46,796 bases of DNA, taken from assembly GCA_900551145.1 (NCBI GenBank), contig URUQ01000001.1:1-46796 (forward strand). Reading direction: 5' to 3'. Both the position numbers and the translations under genes were made by a program. Positions 39,701 through 42,633 of the stretch are shown here, piece by piece. Within the stretch, counting starts at the first letter, position 1; each line of letters opens with the position of its first letter. The notes under the pieces were generated by a model that was not told the DNA's origin, ran no database searches, and worked only from the letters and a program-made list of their open reading frames with translations. This DNA comes from an uncultured Eubacteriales bacterium. Its GTDB lineage: Bacteria; Bacillota; Clostridia; Christensenellales; CAG-917.

Positions 39701-42399
39701 ATCTCGAAGCAATGAGAAAAGTCAATGCGGACTTCGAACTCACGAATGAAAAGAGATATCATCTTGCGATGCAAAAGGTCAACGTACCGGTTACGGTACT
39801 TGACCGCACCGTCGTGGATGCAGAGCTCTTCATGGAAGGAACGGGACTTACCGTGACCAATACAGAAGAGAAGTATTCCACCATTACGGATACGCTCGTC
39901 GGAGAGGTCGGAACGGGACGCTACATCGACATCGTTTACGACAAGAATAGCGGAATGCCCACCGAGTACGTCTATTACAATCAATTTGCGTATATCGGCG
40001 GAGACAAATTGCCTCATACCATGATCCTCACCTTCGCAAGCGGTGAGAAGGGTGAATATTACATCACCTATGACAACGCACCGACGTCGCAAGAGATGAA
40101 GAATATCTCCAAGACGCTCGAAAGGACGATGACCGTCCATGTTTGGAACACCAATCGCGCGGTGGACGAAAACGCATTCGAGGTTATGCCGTCGTTCGAG
40201 ATGAAGATTAAAGTGCACGTGTCTAAGGTCACGGTGTTCAACAGCGACATTGCTTATGAGAATATGTCTGTCGGTGAGTATCGCTACACCTTCAACCCGT
40301 ACACGAGCGAGGACGAGTCCTTGTTCAACACGGACAACTATGACAAGACGTTCACCTACTACGTAGACGGTCAATTTATGACTGCTCAAAACTGGTGGTC
40401 GGACGGCAGAACTGTTGACGCCAACGAATACCGTTACACCTCCGCGTGGACGAAACGCCACAACAATTACAACGTATACACGCTTGCGGGTTCGAGAGAA
40501 GGCACGATCGGTGAATTCGAACAAGACGTAGTGTTCTACACCGTAAACAAGAACACCAAGACTTACACGAGATACACAGGCGTGGTCAACTATGACGCAG
40601 CGGATTATTCTTACAAGACGACAAGTGGTGAAAACTTGTATGTATTCGTCTACGTAACGACTCAAACGCTTGACGCAACGTGGAACACCAAGAGTGCGGA
40701 ATACGGCTACAAGGGTGGCAACACCACCGTCAAAGCGACAGTGTCAAGCGAAGTAAACGGCAACAGCGCAACGGCGACCATCAATGTAACGGTCAACGTC
40801 AAGAGCGGTCAGAGCACATCTTCGGCATTCGACGGCGCAACGGAAACCGAATTGACTTACTGGAACGCATCCGCAAACGCATTCGTCATCGATCCGTTCA
40901 GAGCGGTTGACGGCGGAGCGTTCGCAAGAGTCAGCGGGTACACGGGTGACCGTTATGAGAAATCGTCCACAGCAACGAGCGGTTACGTCAAGAACAACCT
41001 TGACGGAACGTATATGCTCGTCAAGGCGGCAGACGGCACGGATACCTACGTTGAAATCCCGACCGCACAACTTGACCGCACATACAAGTACTTCCCGTCC
41101 AAGATAAGCGTCACGCTCGAAGACGGACAAGTAGTAAGTGTGCCCGTAACGTGGGACTTCGGCGGTGTCAACGTAAGTTATCAAGGCGGAAACTACACTG
41201 CGTACGCAATTCTCAACCACGACGGAGAATACAACTATCAAGACAACAAAGTCGGAGAGCAAAGAATTCAATTCGCAGTCAAAGTTCTTGACAGAAGCGC
41301 ACAAAGCGTCAAGACGACGAGCGCGCTCACTTCTTTGAAGGGATTCGTCAAGTCAGGCCAAGACTACATCAATCCGTACGATTATCAAAAACCGACTATG
41401 CCGACGACGCTTACCGTCAATATCAAGACGTACAACGCGGACGGCAGTGAAAACTCCACTGAAGAGCGCACGTACAGCGTTGCAAACAACACGCTTGCGT
41501 GGAACTTCGACAAGTTCCGCCCGAGCTACGAAGGCGGTGCTGTGTACGTTACTGCAAAACTTTACGATGTTGACGGCAACGTACAAAAATACGACATTCC
41601 GTTCCTCGTACAAAGAATGTACGCAACGCAAATCAAGTCCATAAGCTCGCTCGGCGTTGAAGACGGCATCTTCGACAGCAAGGTGACGAACAGCAAAACC
41701 GACTCCGACTTCACGTTCAACCCGTACAAGTCCGATAAACTCGTGTTGCCGATCGCATACAAAGTAACGTTTGCAATCTTCAACCCCGTTTACGACAACG
41801 GCAACGTGACGTGGCCTGAGATAAACAACGGCACGAGCACTGTGAGATTCAACTACACGCTCGTCTCGATGCCCGCGTCCACTTCTTACACGGTGAACGC
41901 AGGCGGGATCACTTCAACCGTTGACGGACAAAGCGCAACTATTAAGCTCGGCACGCAAGAGCGTCTCACGGTAGACATCAAAGTTTCCGGTTCTAAGGCG
42001 TTCAGCGGTACGCAAAGCGTAAGCGCATCCGCAAGCGGACTCAGCGTAATCCACAACGGAGCGTCCGTCGCGTGGTTCGGCAGAGCGTACGTGTACGACA
42101 TGAATGGCAGTGAGATCACCAACTACGCCGTGACACTCTCCACCGCAATATTGTCAAGCGATACCACCAAGACCATCTTGCCGTCCACCTTCGGTGCAAG
42201 AAAAGTTGTTTACAAACTCTACGCCGCAGTCGGTACGGTAATCGACGCAACCGGTAAGGTCGTCACCACCAAGACTGCAACCGCGTCTGAGGGATTCGAC
42301 ACCGCCTACGTCAAAGTAGGACAAGAAATCCCCGCATATCAAGCACTCTCCAATCTCGTCACAATGACGTATGAGAACGGAACATGGAGCGTTCAATAA
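15688..42399 (+). CDS. Giant (8,903-aa) modular cell-surface lipoprotein; function unknown
   Basis: The reading frame is uninterrupted for 26,712 nt. ATG 15688 lies 5 nt after GGAGGA. The gene has a lipoprotein signal peptide, a consensus promoter upstream and a strong terminator 30 nt after the stop. Internal repeat architecture is listed under the repeat features. There is no LPXTG motif or C-terminal TM helix. Confidence 0.85.
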   Translation: MRMRKLSLVLLLVMVSVMLFGLVACNTSSGDNSTTPVIPTPNPGGDIVDNKTMLDSQIAWQLFKTVALNAGAESSRGSRYISVDTTFILGFQKDSYDSLVTMRFAGKIDTEANSQADDTSEILVEFRQFKNDELGDATVDADRITTLSSSGQGKLLCGAYYYEGKLVTDMRGLKKGVQVAWTKDIDMAAFVEKFNGLLEDLNLTQVVFDKLLGLDVGALIKKLAGLDLVNVTVEQLLVNVLLGGARSRYIDYGSGHAALQIPIDLGIIVGAIPLVQGLIPENITALVKQILGLDLGKLGSLAGMALYLEADIREANTDKAKLTGIKFDIDTNFNSYGVKEVEERYGKFQSEVGISLGYAKADFAGSPDIDVKGLLQKRTKDNVPFEDGADTSDNFYSHVETKIAENKQTYSPLTLDAEIKLTLDLKEGKLTIQNAIDSFGTLISNIITKNVSPEMMASLSKLFAKDIVINNQKIELSVALQGKINTKNPKETKILAEVRGLDSKKRLGAYYDGSLEGVYIDASGVLGENGTKFRVDDINVNELLDSLIDKLFDTIKNAINGDATGSASYAQLLDDADIIIEHDTLASDSVDTMSLISAIVEKVKVDMDGNIFNIKGISVALTQDVLDMIFGLVFTGDNAGAKIPLDYAELKYENDGGQREKRLGLTAKLLIPNSDSNINNGLDLTLGLGGAITFGNINNIDYFNDAFAYVQEHANEYLPILSNGELNANLLHVNVSTGIKIDFETLKGTLADLKVDLRDQELGDSFRGILIDLLVELGNIKGGLKLDLSADIDATDGLDLNAILKSTAKIIISKSNGNQVLSLYLQDGVLYLDASLLGSIKVDKIKVDLAELLPALGVGASTSSKDAYVVDDDTQGDGLDTAKLIGFIAGVFQGVKIGNNAIEVVIGGGILNELLTMLGINNPATHWYDEAQGDYVEIAKTPAPDDYTGKYYYFDASANKYKVANGIDVNFENSDIQGGIRIALNDGLNLSKLELGVFLGLGSSLNADISIMGITAGLSDQCTKYLDENDANEYLEILKYPYISLDLSLGLDFHADEGTTLMQFGIKGTHYFDEETRQFVEITKATPVPNGYLGKLYYYDEAAGQYVPETINTTEFTFERDMKLNYEFRLAGQIDLSPILAYLFGSPEISTKDNSTSLLIELTGKKFDYDRKVLLGLYYTGSQLYIDASNFGIGKVKADVDLYEIILGLLAKDSVVSINGNGQAVDAMTAAEGDATDIKAKRQLALSIIALLSSDSLKIELAKGLTELVYAILGVDANDVTAWLDIAWDNLEAHDGKFFRVSGSVSNVSGQETGGAEIYGRTVSINLGNKQGPTHWYNNATGEYIAVADQPAPADYIGKYYYNWFGTYKEYSTEILIDHNGESVPMGKYLQDNAFEDASLFNENGDVTIPSIYAEIKGTISIGADAGNDKWTIGEWISNFLGDDNPSLKSFIGDLLLQFNTPVAAGSDIGFRIALNARLNPEVPIDLSQNVYYVKHVLTTPIALTNDFDYVEVYKIDEAGKKYVLLTQDERNTYTGQVFVKYYKTDGIALAETKHDVAFRGEAFIIKGDAAVKINVTDDNAEKYKDVALYSAASFLDIAYILSHSDLAIEIYNASIEDIDGMSNAQKLEKVILALRVVYAGEENGKSVSTLYLDIKNDFHLALTNMPLGDLLGGLLTSSDSTATTSDDTPDNNAKPDIMGIIGSSLGNLISRIGIGEDKVKVNFAQALVATLVSMISGKQISADNFLKLDSDNSYLAFMWNNDSPWKSNYKLDLKVKADPLSLGITLSGIDIEIGKDNGVLPEDFDASVYTSFENLNTLSLNVELGLELGLKKQDEEIRLEKYIDLLIKDLGLKLGIDFKDDVSYKIGLTVGANLVLNEANASRMIVEIKNENNGESILSVYVDGGDIYFDFGELGGNKPFYLKNTNLSEVVCNYVKKLLGDLNSVVGKGGNDASTAADTAELSADEKMQLILGISEGKLSVLVMENVIVGLIAAITSGTSGDIDIAKVLEEFDLDLSVAVDFQLDPSLRLDLNVDSNLINVGIGVKDIALATGNDTQTRKTIDAKVDTIVNSGRFKELTDAHIIAVDLSLIVDYYGSATYTYVDDERALNRINPAERYSLNAHDNRFVQDNDGRYIREGFTFDKLLDVILGMQGLESITKMMLPQILISTANKELGFTTVKDAFSVGDLLQRLGLSLALTDKVDDGFKLDINARLNLEAMGMNDLSQLDIKNLNLGLETILAGLEAHIGIDFTYELGAASTAKLDIYLIDGRIYVDASGIGGPRVQVDLLDLLDSLGVELASSSSDAIIADGETPSDDSTKDNNTSVDVVGIVNKLIKNIIITAKPWDAGSLENGNRIDNVGIFFRSNAINELLSLLLKTTIESDQVVLDESNSGLYLYPQTDMFGDDMLALRLRASLANKKDPIWIANGEDYQQYTMDLVLALNAQIGLESTSGNEEGMLDIDERRQFISLNEYVENILGLVNGFRDEIYSVEKTPLENGIYYVFNEDANGNYILKSGMYRPINEGENIAEGTKRYSRGYATIVGRYVENAEGEYILDATNGTYRLISNGEDVSGKQRYAFVEEVYALTYEEDVNGEYVYNEEKGVYVNKNSADAPAGATKYYTRTMTAIKVTDENGNETVATVKDVKVYKRAEKAVYQDQNIGLSVSGLIYFNSGSAETTNAGGLISNLFGDMIINLQTKSAFNAGIGVRISANVDLAALDLLGLISGGSIESFIANSDLDKVELAIEFIEVDEYGFFAEYANGEKKVLGGLYLNHGTLYLDLTEVVDTAENYSKIDNFVDFAKKIIDKFQKDDGQGQDATVAADVQEISAERASAVRDAMVLLAYSDAQFQIQLTRALLAFVISSFMPDLGSIEEVFDVFNISLGVDLGRAEFKKISDLSPEEQAKFDNEYKGDRYKLNNSTDPEVQDTYYVEVTDLDAYYRTEKGDYYSADSMILYTGVDNYVEISKVEASSYTGAIYKADGENYVELAEGEKDTYEGTMYKKVTTYVITSKYEAGKTYIAPNSKYELITGVAYGKYINKNDDYYGLVKFGEVEQKVNLRNYKLYVYDGSARVETDTFIKDTENNYFTYVMYNGEPVKIESIYKYQFGYVKDPNGEYYRTVTLFDYISEYYLGLDIAIGCVNMGLKLGGLDITIGAGKELLPDYIRDQKAHSYVKDGEEYLYTSDIPEEDMALVGEVKTNPFYDTIITLSFSVEFELGITEGTLDFGQILSNIIGNLAGIVVEMPSTTKGYSSAHFRLDVSLMVDIYDLTKSELKLELINITESGYESLWLGAYYVNNTIYLNLEEAFNIQKVAIGGLNIAEILEDYIIDFETTDEYFDYTDKTATSSTKDAFIASDDATTGDDIDFSNKDLALAILINKDLLTVAIGDMLFDTILEYIPESLLGFDIKDLFYQEINGSLQLKLDTANKINLEVSATLGLDGERFNAVGTDKVTQADDLASAKLYVFQPSTTGNFVSGNAGQYFRAIAPGKDKDVLASERYERFRIVEYNPVTKEIVAKRVIDNNKGDGSEVLDSAENIFPLADTKIYEFVAGAQANKSYVSDGAKYDTTLELSLAIKDLDVAFTNSRTYVLSGDELAEYTNFDDVDRFTLEETIDISTSFKYGSDIDLSVVLETLLPGLSGEDLLKIKAESDTKGDVNRSLQLVVKADIQIAALLNYFRTELVKYVGDDDQFDGDMDLFVVIDLLKKVLDQFGQSALTELVANIASFVNLSVVLQTKGGNDADYHDLLGIYMAGGTFELLTDADIDDPTSEDYIAPSERFDHYFETKNGSYYLDSDGKYKLIESGEYAGTRYSYDSSYCYSNEKGRYKRVNGGLFIDLSYFNIPSVKVDANEVRKLVSSLFTAGTTQSDAIASDDEQPEEKPEDKQDISFPLVKDDTILEYIRAFAYGLQITSRYVRVLAQPDYINKLLTLLMGEDAIQFDDSEFRNKPAVTLYTDNTRYSYEHRADVINAFKEEVKDMTDHTTPAYIKARKELVGELERSRNLFRIQPYNDASKGLYYLDEDGAYVQKSDMSAADREAYDKLVNAGTKAYYDITMVTTYIQVAGTYIPYADANQSQINSSVNNTEMRNTYGVSIPELYVYDEASKTYAVADDGVYSIVKPLEARNAFLEINLYLWDYEVSLSILAPKLGVTKFHYVTGEEVENAPYYITNPAEGARYVDTDEIIYTSVDKEADGFDGWKLDYDDADGKFSVDKYLASPRYYEYKNKYYVIDNNTLYVKDQNTNTYELATKYGAFPDYLAGIAQGKTYYVSTGVSYTEIQRTFIYKQEKYNTQKKVLLSDLRKQLLASGMSEAEVDEQLKKYDLDKSSYWFKVQQDSKILPPDFSDAKYADYEYKEYVDTEDFYYLSLALCGSLFLQAGKIYFAYNDYKQVYNTLNNPTGDQNADVEMAVLKKIAYKKYHGDYVQVTDETEIEALKDAGQLYVWVNSALGDGYAGINEALGDVLGALLGNLKGKFQVTEDMTFNVYFTLRLNLGFKLYILPSFGIDIRDLDVAIDIWGEQNDKLENGGYVSSEDRDNKNYEGKLLDGTKPHILGIYYNNDQETGKAGLYLDLEALLGKDAKLYVDMSSYSLESLLTGLVAGFNIDADASTADDNTDKYNPDKQGSDAVSLYLNFFTNAIALNVTSGFAKALIRELLPDNASIADMLPNLKVYVKQNLNPYDLTIGAILFNEQGDIPVVNLGLNIQGLNGERGKSSSIEFGRKEDILARQQGSNYIFYYANFYRDNSNANYDNYYGRNFDEKDYIKLYRGADGNDYYAKADGGYALTAKADGTYDVQAIENGGYALYKAGNVNYGPEDRFMRADTVLEEITENRRYSLGSPYNTEYQSVVYTDIKGQYVLVQEKLNNLTSSEYRYLALSKQFAAFNGTLYVIDKDANYVRVNKTQIQGFTGSGSLQYALEGTYNANASEIARAVSYNGATYYPIDPDNNGYTDMYEADGFTAYTSGAIVNRTGLVYTGELYVKNAKGGYDNANVKVGDTLESGVQYFYPNAPEKAYKVTSDFTNYVKAVNLNLSDLINGAKMDIASMLGDLRSLEIGASLSLGMKLSDIINWTYQLTNFIDDESICDYLYFIASSLTDYYSSFTSTIGLDLDLKVFLQTGGLFRMIAGDTTATILDVLEGAKVYLELTYATNYHGENAPKGYLWVEVREGKLYLNIDVHEIGEIVGWGDFFSYGVINGLDLGALLSGGSASLASTAADEENDNTGILPANIWGIINVVLGRLLIANDFITIGLNETLIADLIGMLADSDSALLAGIGQFLPKLYTTNDKDTSGITINFYGNQPSVDINLGFKVGTTFYLSVEDYNAQYGVGGSRIKQGEGTTWTDGMTTFVKDGDNYTQATSFSEDNYVLVSTDEYALISYAFPLWTGDRYSYENGEFKLDNANGVYLKQGDFRLAISLGKLYARVNKDFSVDKDEKMAERDSEGNIIRDANGNASYGQYVSIQNAKLSLDMTIDVSLYGSGRKEDGNEIDLSKILDLILGLINPNSAISGSTLRLVIKNAIGNDSGAFLKLNLTANVDLENWTVELAVRLRRNTVKDGESTLLGLYLVDDALYVDLQGILGETAKICVNGLNLSGKTGLIYGLLGKYIDGEAGTSSDASTSDASDIEKIEQTMRDYAYFMIMVNPQKFLLQLNADLINVIYRKIMQIRGLDYSEDLLPDIGDILIRGETRQYELLTEEEKTTYTGARFRKEGNNYVYDAAGDYKYVPGATKTSINVRFSDGLYFCIDIPAATASKEIVSIKSATSKYGLADSIANGEFGDPILALDLNSLINGGSIDLASLKLPTIGLSTVINVKMKSDNLKPTDAKYKLSLAQWTRDLVAGLLDGTSLLGNFKKISEMTEAELAKAGSKTYNYNSSTRAYDYVEDGTGEYKFIMADLNITMASELIELQVKLDANINLAAILAYGIGGILYSDIAVEISALNKQLLSLYYLGSSKLAKNNDPKRNDWELTTDEDGTVFSDAIYIDASGLGLGKIKFQGISGLLGAYPYQKVSLDAISSADSTTSATDTGASTADGEALNLTVEIENGSLGVTFDKAFITTLLGMLNVNLGIELPPIQSVSLDIATSTTGLKAISIDAVLDSVGTGANISIQDLKLAFRQEVFNAKDVIESVKTGYAGLTFSKTSGLMSLVQNVLDNLKPGLNINIQNKVWQAVLDGDVAAKNVGSNIVLDGRKVLTYTNLSDTSKEEQNAGEKYNLRFALSSSRATTGLTAIIGGNNAFITNLSLKGTLIKIAQALVSFFDCIDIGSLLGSSPMLALVSGTDGDDASYVYPSAATTANDKNLANIKTGWQEDGSYSYTPNLSGLIKSVDLNLFNNYEYWPYFAGAQEMSKGAGKISAKVTLDKDAYNELILMVDCIVMNLMKAIGDDNEPYIADVAKAGKSLANAAIDGIGTTNEYKNFFNGLDELVKRNATTQEKVNYVDKVARSFPLTLVKWIMNCIALPAIKNTINVSWGTVKNLAGSTLLDLMNLIGGILPIPFASGVIDPSINIYIDLDPNPAEYGCSGKTMQPGIQAIEIMVNGEKAGAGTSMRYNKANGNAASNTTITSSVSNGKDLPSDVWDFFMLRITPYSTTDASYTTGMLTFDDADSASVIGVEKVPTEIVITDPATRTGTAYYKGEEKTIQLRDSYFFNAEYFSQKADVNFALKNGGKTVNTYNPNSPYQDATGTYIVWDAASVDLTAADDTDSSGRRFAGYVYGYALNVVMYAIPVYVTNDYQQTDIKAYDYNANTGKFERKNITLDIDSQSKTFRSELPNLVQISFARGTYTFGTVITDATGNTMYAVIKDGNGYKQLAGEEVNKDGNKYKLVPAYVAGLVKDGDTLQTVKEGDFTYYVMDMTKMPQGRNFPAGTIAWDTEDFEYDWQGSTTWKDGEATNSIKVGYSYQWGSSNTVKNKIEITAKNYKISRLTSMTDANGNKVSLSSESDKKGNYTTVLNIDALGLTTDDLVGYLNGFNQATVKYVAGANTPTMSLEWDLTSLQEALKSITGADGTIDYYKGLEATVKAKVGGDRFSISSTVTKEGLVTNKTGFVGSETTYEGVYAQEVSVKIVVKGSVFSSLNTALTFDAYSAREITGDALGAMLDINFAGSDTSTKLPVGDKLQVKAPYVKIGDNYVVADGKNGGYAIGANDLTFEGYKATDYPLYAQLTIGTEFSGKQVVYVPITVSTVAPTTYNVDVAHEDTFNPTWYNKDAYKSFDVSFGTTTKHTMYPDWSTVNYYTNAKCTTLKPDQNIYSGGTIYAQVQAYVYEKDENGEPMFDKPLGLVDTGTKDENGNKVFKAQTITLKLNVEQQSILSVNFFYDAQIGDVNALTDAEREQIKDKLTDKANYTGTVYGQTHVIGSEAFGIDALEFAKDPSKYFRTGAWGDINGTIVLVNLKKGTYSGKRYTIQESLSGEYKYDEANDRYILATASDTDVKRYAFTQDNDGDYKYEIAKKSYVKLTAGEKGESYLAYVQGWTTKIESSTVTGRQTRVYAVIGNNDMVPIDIHVPDYTVQTVSFKNGTLVQNGDVANELTLTYDVMNAWQLPSTATVTVKEGAKAFDTEVFWDDNSSPNKDELRKDENGVYVVRNYHFFDNLSVRYPQTGSLGAKVYLDNYDINVTITPDGQANEYNVFSSFKFASTATVTKNGVDYPNVPLKWVDKSMPTAEEIKAGKFTRKAYVAAFSVGEDGTMTPVYKDFEFKINNGFTLDGIDGNYADGFAITREGAAFFLGLPRASVVNVNGERIEVALAWSDAYTKEAGFNGDMTLTIASKWLTSTVTANVTVKGESIDRLKDYDGTPYSFDPFWKEGNFFRSGEVRTIVTKGSALEAGVTVTYSLADIDPANLKSDADFYANVSKYFGRKYTIGVTYTYFGGADVMTETGTIDIAVGDRTVLFVSDYAYRAILVDTFLNTDASYLERELWVATAGVWGDVLAYFDWTQVDALIKDRKSDSKHMATVIVGIESADGQYVYQDIYGTHVDENGNVLMGDGKKEYVTIDEYLEAMRKVNADFELTNEKRYHLAMQKVNVPVTVLDRTVVDAELFMEGTGLTVTNTEEKYSTITDTLVGEVGTGRYIDIVYDKNSGMPTEYVYYNQFAYIGGDKLPHTMILTFASGEKGEYYITYDNAPTSQEMKNISKTLERTMTVHVWNTNRAVDENAFEVMPSFEMKIKVHVSKVTVFNSDIAYENMSVGEYRYTFNPYTSEDESLFNTDNYDKTFTYYVDGQFMTAQNWWSDGRTVDANEYRYTSAWTKRHNNYNVYTLAGSREGTIGEFEQDVVFYTVNKNTKTYTRYTGVVNYDAADYSYKTTSGENLYVFVYVTTQTLDATWNTKSAEYGYKGGNTTVKATVSSEVNGNSATATINVTVNVKSGQSTSSAFDGATETELTYWNASANAFVIDPFRAVDGGAFARVSGYTGDRYEKSSTATSGYVKNNLDGTYMLVKAADGTDTYVEIPTAQLDRTYKYFPSKISVTLEDGQVVSVPVTWDFGGVNVSYQGGNYTAYAILNHDGEYNYQDNKVGEQRIQFAVKVLDRSAQSVKTTSALTSLKGFVKSGQDYINPYDYQKPTMPTTLTVNIKTYNADGSENSTEERTYSVANNTLAWNFDKFRPSYEGGAVYVTAKLYDVDGNVQKYDIPFLVQRMYATQIKSISSLGVEDGIFDSKVTNSKTDSDFTFNPYKSDKLVLPIAYKVTFAIFNPVYDNGNVTWPEINNGTSTVRFNYTLVSMPASTSYTVNAGGITSTVDGQSATIKLGTQERLTVDIKVSGSKAFSGTQSVSASASGLSVIHNGASVAWFGRAYVYDMNGSEITNYAVTLSTAILSSDTTKTILPSTFGARKVVYKLYAAVGTVIDATGKVVTTKTATASEGFDTAYVKVGQEIPAYQALSNLVTMTYENGTWSVQ
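16159..33720 (+). repeat. 13-14 highly diverged copies of a 330-800-aa protein module with a conserved core of about 100-130 aa (unassigned repeat family)
   Basis: Core strands begin at nt 16159, 17206, 18148, 19207, 20629, 21379, 22480, 24001, 25567, 26944(+27199), 29359, 31183, 32389 and 33541(+33649). Examples are LGAYYDGSLEGVYIDASG, LSLYLQDGVLYLDASLLG, LLGLYYTGSQLYIDASNFG, LDIYLIDGRIYVDASGIGG and LLGLYLVDDALYVDLQGILG. The copies are diverged at DNA level, so assembly collapse is unlikely. Confidence 0.7.
18451..19800 (+). repeat. Three copies of a roughly 40-aa Tyr-rich motif, THW(Y/F)-x4-G-x-(Y/F)-(V/I)-x-(I/V)-x4-P-(A/V)-P-x2-Y-x-GK-(Y/L)-YY
   Basis: 18451-18585 encodes NPATHWYDEAQGDYVEIAKTPAPDDYTGKYYYFDASANKYKVANG. 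18889-19014 encodes GTHYFDEETRQFVEITKATPVPNGYLGKLYYYDEAAGQYVPE. 19681-19800 encodes GPTHWYNNATGEYIAVADQPAPADYIGKYYYNWFGTYKEY. Confidence 0.75.
35680..42396 (+). repeat. C-terminal array of at least 10 beta-sandwich units with a Big_4-like (bacterial Ig-like group 4) signature
   Basis: Units recur that start (L/F/M)P-x-x-(A/I/L)-x-V and have a conserved Trp 15-25 residues later. Examples are LPSTATVTVKEGAKAFDTEVFWDD (38335), FASTATVTKNGVDYPNVPLKWVD (38614), LPRASVVNVNGERIEVALAWSD (38896), FPSKISVTLEDGQVVSVPVTWDF (41092) and MPTTLTVNIKTY...LAWNF (41398). The family assignment is by eye only. Confidence 0.5.
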
Positions 42400-42429
42400 A
42401 CTCGTTTAGATATGCTATATCTTAAGATT

Positions 42430-42459
42430 AAAAGGGCTCTGCGACCGCAGAGCCCTTTT
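42430..42459 (+). terminator. Strong intrinsic terminator of the giant gene
   Basis: AAAAGGGCTCTGCG-ac-CGCAGAGCCCTTTT has a GC-rich stem with a U-tract, 30 nt after the TAA at 42397-42399. Confidence 0.8.
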
Positions 42460-42573
42460 AATCTATATCGACGTGATGCGCACTTATTAACGGAACGTGC
42501 GATATTAAAAATCAAAAAATAATACAAAACAAATATATCAACGCAATTATTGCGCGCAAACGCACGATTTTTA

Positions 42574-42601
42574 TTGAATTTGGCGTAATGTATGTTATAA
42601 T
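42574..42601 (+). promoter_or_regulatory. Candidate sigma-A promoter (TTGAAT - 16 nt - TGtTATAAT) for the SPFH/zinc-ribbon operon
   Basis: TTGAAT lies at 42574-42579, and the extended -10 TGtTATAAT ends at 42601. The GGAGGA RBS is at 42623-42628. Confidence 0.5.
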
Positions 42602-42633
42602 ATTCTAAAATAAAGCAATCTCGGAGGAAACCT

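Noticed and set aside
16132-41304. About 20 further minus-strand ORFs of 180-400 aa inside the giant gene, plus many 60-150-aa ORFs in other frames
   Set aside because: All the long ones are codon-aligned shadows with the same explanation as above. The short ones have no start context and low-complexity Arg/Ser-rich products.
42300-42399. Sortase (LPXTG), SLH, or C-terminal TM anchor at the end of the giant protein
   Set aside because: The C-terminus reads ...AYQALSNLVTMTYENGTWSVQ*. It has no LPXTG-like motif, hydrophobic helix or basic tail.
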